Assembly: GCF_005696695.1 (NCBI RefSeq)
Contig: NZ_CP040006.1
Span: 1,770,001-1,802,000 of the forward strand
Direction: 5' to 3'
Length of the DNA stretch: 32,000 bases
Origin: Schaalia odontolytica
GTDB taxonomy: Bacteria > Actinomycetota > Actinomycetes > Actinomycetales > Actinomycetaceae
The stretch's first letter is position 1, and every line of letters starts with the position of its first letter. This document shows positions 27,397 through 32,000 of this stretch, in pieces. The notes below the pieces were generated by a model that was not told the DNA's origin, did not search any database, and worked only from the letters and a program-made list of their open reading frames with translations. Position numbers and translations under genes: made by a program.

Positions 27397-27856
27397 CGAC
27401 GAATGACACGTGAGTGATCATTTCTCCCGCTTTTCCCTTTGTCATCATATTCAGTTTTATCTGGGCAACTTCCTGGTCAATGACCGAGCCCCAGTTGTAA
27501 GTAGGGTGAGCAGGGATGACAAACTTCCCCGGCGGAAGCACGGCAAGGTCTAACGGTGGGTTTTCGCAGCTCTTATCAGCTCTCTGGCTCTCCACGCGAA
27601 TGTCGTAAATGGGCGCATCCGAACCATTCACCACCAAGATCGCGTACCGCTCCTCCTGTGGAGCATCAGGACATTGAACGCCGACAACTGTCACATGCTC
27701 GGCCTGCCAACGCTCAGCCTCAGTTTCACGCTCCCGATCACGCTTATGCTCGAGCTTCACCACTTTCTCACTCGTCTTCCATGAACCGTACGCGGCACTG
27801 ACGGCAAGCAGCCCACCGACGGCTCCCACCCAGTCAGCAAGTGTTCCCACGTCCAT
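27320..27856 (-). CDS. Small N-terminally membrane-anchored protein of unknown function
   Basis: 178-aa ORF with TM helix LADWVGAVGGLLAVSAAYGSW, a charged linker and a probable beta-rich domain. Its 3' end overlaps the higB-like ORF by 77 nt, so its true C-terminus is uncertain. Confidence 0.5.
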   Translation of the reverse strand: MDVGTLADWVGAVGGLLAVSAAYGSWKTSEKVVKLEHKRDRERETEAERWQAEHVTVVGVQCPDAPQEERYAILVVNGSDAPIYDIRVESQRADKSCENPPLDLAVLPPGKFVIPAHPTYNWGSVIDQEVAQIKLNMMTKGKAGEMITHVSFVDAASQKWELVRGRELRSVGSGGGEG

Positions 27857-28048
27857 CTACTGTCCTCCTTGACATCTATTCCAAACTCGACGAGGTCACC
27901 ATCAATCCCGTTAGAGGGCATGCACTGCAGGCTACCGAAACCGGGGCACAGTGTCAGGCCATTCATAAAGGGTTTACAGGGAGGCAACCATTTTTGTCAA
28001 ACAGGCACATGTGAGGGCATCGACTAGACACCTCACCCCCGATCACTC

Positions 28049-28098
28049 CACAACGGCAAAGCCGGGCCACGCCCTCGCGCGACCCGGCCAATGCCTCG
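28049..28098. repeat. 50-bp direct repeat, copy A (downstream of vapC)
   Basis: cacaacggcaaagccgggccacgccctcgcgcgacccggccaatgcctcg is 47/50 identical to 28761-28810. It contains an imperfect hairpin gccggg..cccggc. Confidence 0.9.
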
Positions 28099-28115
28099 AA
28101 AGAGACGAGAACCCC

Positions 28116-28487
28116 TCAGTCAAGGTCCGCTAACACGCCCACGTCGCGCGCTGCCTGACGCAGGCGCTTATCGCGTGTCCACAGCGAGACACCGGGGGTT
28201 ACGACAGCACTTGCCAGGAGCGCCACGTCTACCGCGCTGAGTCCCCTACCCCACAGCCTCCGCTCCTCTACGAGATGCCGCACGCCTTGATCATCAACGT
28301 TGCGCACGATCATCAAGCGCTCGAGCGCTTTCAGGAATACCGACCGATTCTTGAGATTCCCCAACGCGAGTTCAGTGATGACACTCTGATGCACGCACAC
28401 CTGGTCACGCTCGAGCAGATCAACCAGAACCGGCTCAGTTTTCCGCAGGTGATCGATCCAGATGTTGGTGTCAACCAGGACTCTCAC
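28116..28487 (-). CDS. vapC: PIN-domain toxin VapC
   Basis: MRVLVDTNIWIDHL, ITELALG and SAVDVALLA carry the PIN acidic residues. The GTG start overlaps the vapB stop (GTGA). Confidence 0.9.
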   Translation of the reverse strand: MRVLVDTNIWIDHLRKTEPVLVDLLERDQVCVHQSVITELALGNLKNRSVFLKALERLMIVRNVDDQGVRHLVEERRLWGRGLSAVDVALLASAVVTPGVSLWTRDKRLRQAARDVGVLADLD

Positions 28488-28678
28488 GCGCGCGCTCGAC
28501 TCCGAGGCGCAGCCTCCGCCGCCGAATCACTGCCACCGAGCGCAGCGAGCTGCCGACCGGTCTCGATGCGAACGAGGAGTTCTACCGCGTCCCGAATCAA
28601 AGCGGATCGCTCGCTGATCCCGGTCAGCTCCTCGGCGCGCGCAAGCAGATCATCATCGAGTGTCACTGTGGTTCTCAT
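28484..28678 (-). CDS. vapB: VapB-family antitoxin
   Basis: MRTTVTLDDDLLARAEELTGISERSALIRDAVELLVR is the typical VapB antitoxin N-terminus. Start moved to ATG 28678, preceded by GGAGG. It is coupled to vapC. Confidence 0.85.
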   Translation of the reverse strand: MRTTVTLDDDLLARAEELTGISERSALIRDAVELLVRIETGRQLAALGGSDSAAEAAPRSRARA

Positions 28679-28760
28679 GCTTACCTCCAGCTTCAGCATA
28701 GCACCACAGTCATCATCATTTGATTCTGATTTTGACGCAGCTCCTAGACCACCCAGCTCA

Positions 28761-28810
28761 CACAACAGCAAAGCCGGGCCACGCTCTCGCGCGACCCGGC
28801 CACTGCCTCG
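28761..28810. repeat. 50-bp direct repeat, copy B (upstream of vapB)
   Basis: cacaacagcaaagccgggccacgctctcgcgcgacccggccactgcctcg is 47/50 identical to copy A, 712 bp away in the same orientation. Confidence 0.9.
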
Positions 28811-29066
28811 TTCAGAAACGATCAGACATTGAAGCGGAACTCCACGGAGTGTCGTCGATAAATAACTATTCGATGCGCAAAGTACAACGAAATACCGCTA
28901 GAAACAGACAACATATGGGGGTGCACAGAAACACATATAGGTTCTGCGGAAAACCTATAGGGTGCGTCGCTAAAAACCGCTGTGCGCGAAAAACATAAAG
29001 GGTTTACGGACCCGGTCCCAGACCCCTCAATACTCTGAGCCGGAAGAATGGAAAGTGGAAGGTTGA

Positions 29067-29540
29067 TGTATCCCCACTATTTATTTTTTCCGTTTTTCGG
29101 AGTACATCGGGAGCTACAACTGCGGACCAGCTCTGTGTGAACTAGATGAGAAGGCGCAGCAGCGAATCATCGACGCTGGACAGTTGGTGCTGCGGGCACG
29201 CGAGCGGCACCCCCAGCGGTCACTCGCGGAGCACTACAACCCGTTATCGATGGACCCAATTCTGCTCAAGGCTCACAACAACTTGGACCGGGAAGTCGAT
29301 AAGGCTTTCGATGTGGCACGCAAACTCACCAACGAGCGCCAGCGCCAGGAGCTACTGTTCGCCAGCTACGGGGAGTTGGCGAGGGGCTATGTCTCCTCGC
29401 TTTCATCAAAATCGAAACCACCAGCAGGGTCGTTCCCCGTGCGGGTGATTTTGATCGGTCCCGCTGCTGGGTGTAGAACCCTGTCGCTGGCAACGCCGGG
29501 AACTATGACTGTGCCCGACGAGAACACGTCACTGCCATAA
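29067..29540 (+). pseudogene. 3' remnant of an MmeI-family (type IIL/IIG-like) DNA methyltransferase/restriction gene
   Basis: The open frame from 29067 reads ..YNCGPALCELDEKAQQRIIDAGQLVLRARERHPQRSLAEHYNPLSMDPILLKAHNNLDREVDKAFD..ERQRQELLFASYGEL. This matches the conserved extreme C-terminus of these ~900-aa enzymes. No upstream methyltransferase domain is present. Confidence 0.6.
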
Positions 29541-29610
29541 CGCGGCTCACGGTAGACGAACATGGGTCGTTCACTACTACTGGTGGATTTCGGTTTTGGT
29601 GGTGGGGGGA

Positions 29611-30465
29611 TTACCGCCGCCGGCCTCGATTTTTCCGTTGAGGAGGGCGTTGACTACTTCCCGATTGTGAAATGGGCCGATGGCGCGGTGAAGAGGAACC
29701 AGTCACCTGGAAGAGATCGATCCAGTCGCTGGTGTGCAATCTGGGAGGTAGGGTTGCGGGGTCGATTCCTCGCGAGCGCAACCATGATTGTGTCTCTGAA
29801 CGTGATGAAAACAACCCTGCCCTTCGGAGAATTTCCCCTATCCCGCGTCCCCGGGCGGTGAAAACGGTGTGCACCATCGCCTGAAAGGCTTTGCGTTGCT
29901 CTATCGGGATCTTCGGGTCACCCACCCGGCGGATCACTAAGATCCCCCCGTCAACGTTTGGCTGTGGCCGGAAAGCAGACCTTGGTACTCGGGAACCAAG
30001 GTGAAACGTGAACCATGGGGACCACTGAGCTGTCATCATCGTGCTTGCACCTACCCCGGCCCGGCGGCGAGCGACTTCCCACTGCATGAGGAGTACAGCG
30101 GCAGTCCATGCCGGCGCATGCAACAACTTTCGAAGAATGGCAGTGGTGAGGTGAAAGGGAATGTTTCCCACAATGACGCAGGGAGTGGCGGGTAACGGGA
30201 AGTTGAGGAAATCATCATGGACCACTTCGACCGACGCCGAGGCGGTCTTTTTTGTGAGTTTGGCAGCTAGTTTTGCGTCTACCTCAACTGCCGTTATTGC
30301 CCTCCCCAAGTGGGATATCGGGTGAGTGAGGGCACCGCTTCCTGGCCCGATCTCAATGATGGGGCCGGAGGTTTGTTTTACAAGATCGACGATGGAGTTG
30401 ATGATCTTGTGGTCTGTGAGAAAATTTTGGCCATGTTCGTGACGGCCGTATCCGTATGTAGACAT
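29611..30465 (-). CDS. erm(X): 23S rRNA (adenine-N6)-dimethyltransferase Erm(X), macrolide-lincosamide-streptogramin B resistance
   Basis: MSTYGYGRHEHGQNFLTDHKIINSIVDLVKQTSGPIIEIGPGSGALTHP carries the SAM motif, followed by VIVGNIPFHLTTAILRKLL. The C-terminal Ser/Pro/Arg tail ..SSQRPPQRKNRGRRR is as I recall for Erm(X). Start set at ATG 30465 (284 aa), with a GGAG SD upstream. Confidence 0.93.
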   Translation of the reverse strand: MSTYGYGRHEHGQNFLTDHKIINSIVDLVKQTSGPIIEIGPGSGALTHPISHLGRAITAVEVDAKLAAKLTKKTASASVEVVHDDFLNFPLPATPCVIVGNIPFHLTTAILRKLLHAPAWTAAVLLMQWEVARRRAGVGASTMMTAQWSPWFTFHLGSRVPRSAFRPQPNVDGGILVIRRVGDPKIPIEQRKAFQAMVHTVFTARGRGIGEILRRAGLFSSRSETQSWLRSRGIDPATLPPRLHTSDWIDLFQVTGSSSPRHRPISQSGSSQRPPQRKNRGRRR

Positions 30466-30566
30466 TAGGTGTGCTCCGTGGAGTTGAAACGGAGCCGGGC
30501 ATGGCAAATGGCCGCCCGGCTAAAGGACCGGAGCGGTTTCTAACCTGCGGGAGGGAGAAAGCCGCC
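30466..30566 (-). promoter_or_regulatory. Putative translational attenuator of erm(X)
   Basis: On the minus-strand RNA, hairpin GCUCCGU-UUCAACUCC-ACGGAGC (plus 30473-30495) buries the erm(X) SD GGAG. There is a second anti-SD copy GCUCCG (30529-30534), a GCCGGGC..GCCCGGC hairpin (30494-30520) and AGCCGC-UAAG-GCGGCU spanning the leader stop (30560-30575). Confidence 0.6.
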
Positions 30567-30614
30567 TTAGCGGCTGGTGAGCGGCCGCATGAAAACGGAA
30601 CCTGAAATCAACAT
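30567..30614 (-). CDS. erm(X) leader peptide (15 codons)
   Basis: ATG TTG ATT TCA GGT TCC GTT TTC ATG CGG CCG CTC ACC AGC CGC TAA encodes MLISGSVFMRPLTSR. It lies 101 nt upstream of erm(X), which is typical Erm-type leader architecture. Confidence 0.7.
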   Translation of the reverse strand: MLISGSVFMRPLTSR

Positions 30615-30620
30615 GGGCCT

Positions 30621-30650
30621 ATCGTATCCAATTAATTTCGCAGGGTCCAA
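30621..30650 (-). promoter_or_regulatory. Candidate promoter for the erm(X) leader transcript (would make the leader ORF leaderless)
   Basis: The minus strand reads TTGGAC (30650-30645), an 18-nt spacer, TACGAT (30626-30621), 6 nt, then the leader ATG (30614). This rests on sequence pattern only. Confidence 0.35.
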
Positions 30651-31305
30651 TACGGTGAGAAAGAAGACAACCGCACCGCAACAGTGCAAGACCTCTCTGG
30701 ATTGGAATTTAATTGAACATGGGTTTGGGGTACGACGCGCCCTACTCGGAGTGGCACGGACACTACGGCTGCGCGCCCACACACAACAGTAAAGAGCTCG
30801 GCAATGCACAGACACGTAACGAGAGCGCCACAAATGTATGTACGTTTAAGTTACAGCATCGACACTGACGCTCCACATGGAGGGACGGCCGCAGCCCTGC
30901 AGCAAGCACACGGCAGGGTGTCTGCTTCGGGCGACGTGAAATTACGCAGAAAAATACGAAACACATCACCGCAGGTCACGGTAGGTATTTGCGGGTCATT
31001 TCGTAATCTCGTAAACGAAAAGAACAAAACTACGAAACACAAAAACATACGTTGAGCAGCGTAAATGGTTTTCGTTTCGTAATTTTTCCACTTTTTGAAG
31101 AAAATCTAAATAAGAAGAGACACCTTGATTGCGATTGTGTCCCGTGTCACATAGCTGCAACCCCTGCAGCGTGCCCTCAACGAGGACGCTCTGTGTCGTA
31201 GACATGTGCCTGCAATGCGTGTCTGTGTCTCTCTCTTAAAAGGTTTGGGTCGAAATACCGCCCGATTACCGCACAGAAAAACATAGAGGGGGTAGAATTG
31301 ACCCC

Positions 31306-32000
31306 ATGAGACGAGACTTCCCCCGCCGCGCTGCCATGTACCTACGCGTCAGCCTCGACGCTACAGGCGAGCACCTCGCAGTTGACCGACAGCGTGCCGA
31401 CTGCCTCCGAATCATCCGCGAGCGCGGATGGACCCTCACGCAGGAATACGTCGACAACTCCGTTTCCGCGTCGAAGCGGACCGTTCGACGCCCTTCCTAC
31501 GACCGCATGGTGCAGGACTACGACGCGGGCCTGTTCGACGCCTTGGTGTGCTGGGACCTCGACCGTCTCACCCGTCAGCCCCGACAGCTAGAGGACTGGA
31601 TTGAACGGGCTGAGGAGCGCGGCCTTGTGATCACGACGGCGAACGGGGAGGCCGATCTATCCACCGACGGCGGGCGCATGTACGCGCGGATTAAGGCCAG
31701 CGTTGCCCGTAGCGAGGTTGAGCGTAAATCAGCCCGTCAGAAGGCCGCGAACGCACAGCGGGCGCGGATGGGACGCCCGCCGCTAGGAACGCGGCTCATG
31801 GGCTACACGGCCAAGGGCGAACTCATCCCCGAGGAGGCTAAGGTTGTGCGCAGCATCTTCGACAACTTCCTAGCCGGGGAGTCCTTGAAGGGTATCGCGC
31901 GAGCCTTGCAGGAAGCGGGTGTGCCCACGCGCCACGGGGGCCGTTGGAACCCCTCGTCTATCCGGACGATTCTCCTCAATGAGCGCTACGGGGGCATCAT
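31306..32000 (+). CDS. Large serine recombinase (integrase/transposase type), N-terminal ~231 aa; continues past the window
   Basis: Absent from the track because it has no in-window stop. It reads MRRDFPRRAAMYLRVSLDATGEHLAVDRQ, with the catalytic Ser in YLRVS. Then come DLDRLTRQPRQLEDWIE and RIKASVARSEVERKSARQK, followed by the recombinase domain GESLKGIARALQEAGVPTRHGGRWNPSSIRTILLNERYGG. Confidence 0.9.
   Translation, partial: MRRDFPRRAAMYLRVSLDATGEHLAVDRQRADCLRIIRERGWTLTQEYVDNSVSASKRTVRRPSYDRMVQDYDAGLFDALVCWDLDRLTRQPRQLEDWIERAEERGLVITTANGEADLSTDGGRMYARIKASVARSEVERKSARQKAANAQRARMGRPPLGTRLMGYTAKGELIPEEAKVVRSIFDNFLAGESLKGIARALQEAGVPTRHGGRWNPSSIRTILLNERYGGI

Larger units (their letters stand above)
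24450..32000. mobile_element. Mosaic, compositionally foreign genomic island; left edge approximate, right edge beyond the window
   Basis: There is an abrupt drop in G+C after ~24.45-24.6 kb, followed by alternating low- and mid-GC blocks. Cargo is typical of accessory DNA: orphan genes, toxin-antitoxin modules, gene remnants and erm(X). A large serine recombinase sits at 31306+. I found no flanking tRNA or clear att pair in the window. Confidence 0.6.

Noticed and set aside
28049-28810. The idea that the 50-bp repeats are integron attC sites and vapBC an integron cassette
   Set aside because: There is no integron integrase (tyrosine recombinase) or attI in the window. The repeats lack the paired R/L core-site symmetry I would expect. 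I report the repeat only as an unexplained cassette-flanking element.
27966-29007. 14-mer cataaagggtttac present at 27966 and 28994, outside the two 50-bp repeats
   Set aside because: One or two exact 14-mer matches are expected by chance among all position pairs in 32 kb, and the flanks do not align. I do not treat it as a larger repeat.
1-32000. Scan for rRNA, tRNA, CRISPR arrays and IS elements with terminal inverted repeats
   Set aside because: I found no cloverleaf-like tRNA sequence at the island border or elsewhere. There are no regularly spaced direct repeats with unique spacers, no transposase ORF and no rRNA-like conserved stretches. This was a by-eye scan, so small RNAs could have been missed.

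Overview
High-GC actinobacterial chromosome segment; hand-counted 60-nt lines give about 65-68% G+C. Gene content and order look Actinomycetaceae-like. Positions 1 to ~24.4 kb are core genes: an RR-HK pair, an HTH-adenylate cyclase, maf, dapD, dapC, fdxA and typA/bipA. They continue with a hexose-6-P mutarotase-like protein, a PlsC-type acyltransferase, a glutamine-synthetase-family ligase and a GH20-like protein whose catalytic Asp-Glu pair is replaced. The rest of the core is a MerR regulator with a 19-bp-spacer promoter, a GNAT, a 923-aa single-pass membrane protein with a large Pro/Glu repeat tail, three EcsC-family paralogs, a TPR-YbjN protein and a cytoplasmic-type alpha-amylase. From ~24.45 kb to the right edge the composition changes; sampled lines give about 37-43% G+C in the first block. 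This stretch is a mosaic island. It holds two convergent orphan genes with HEPN-like signatures, which are my best candidate for an undescribed defence/abortive-infection module. It also holds a decayed higBA, a small membrane protein, an intact vapBC cassette bracketed by 50-bp direct repeats, and a 3' remnant of an MmeI-family methyltransferase. It ends with erm(X), which has a leader peptide and attenuator, and a large serine recombinase that runs off the window. I saw no rRNA, tRNA or CRISPR array. Many long ORFs in the track are antisense shadows of real genes, as expected in high-GC DNA. All functional calls come from reading the translations by eye; no database search was run.
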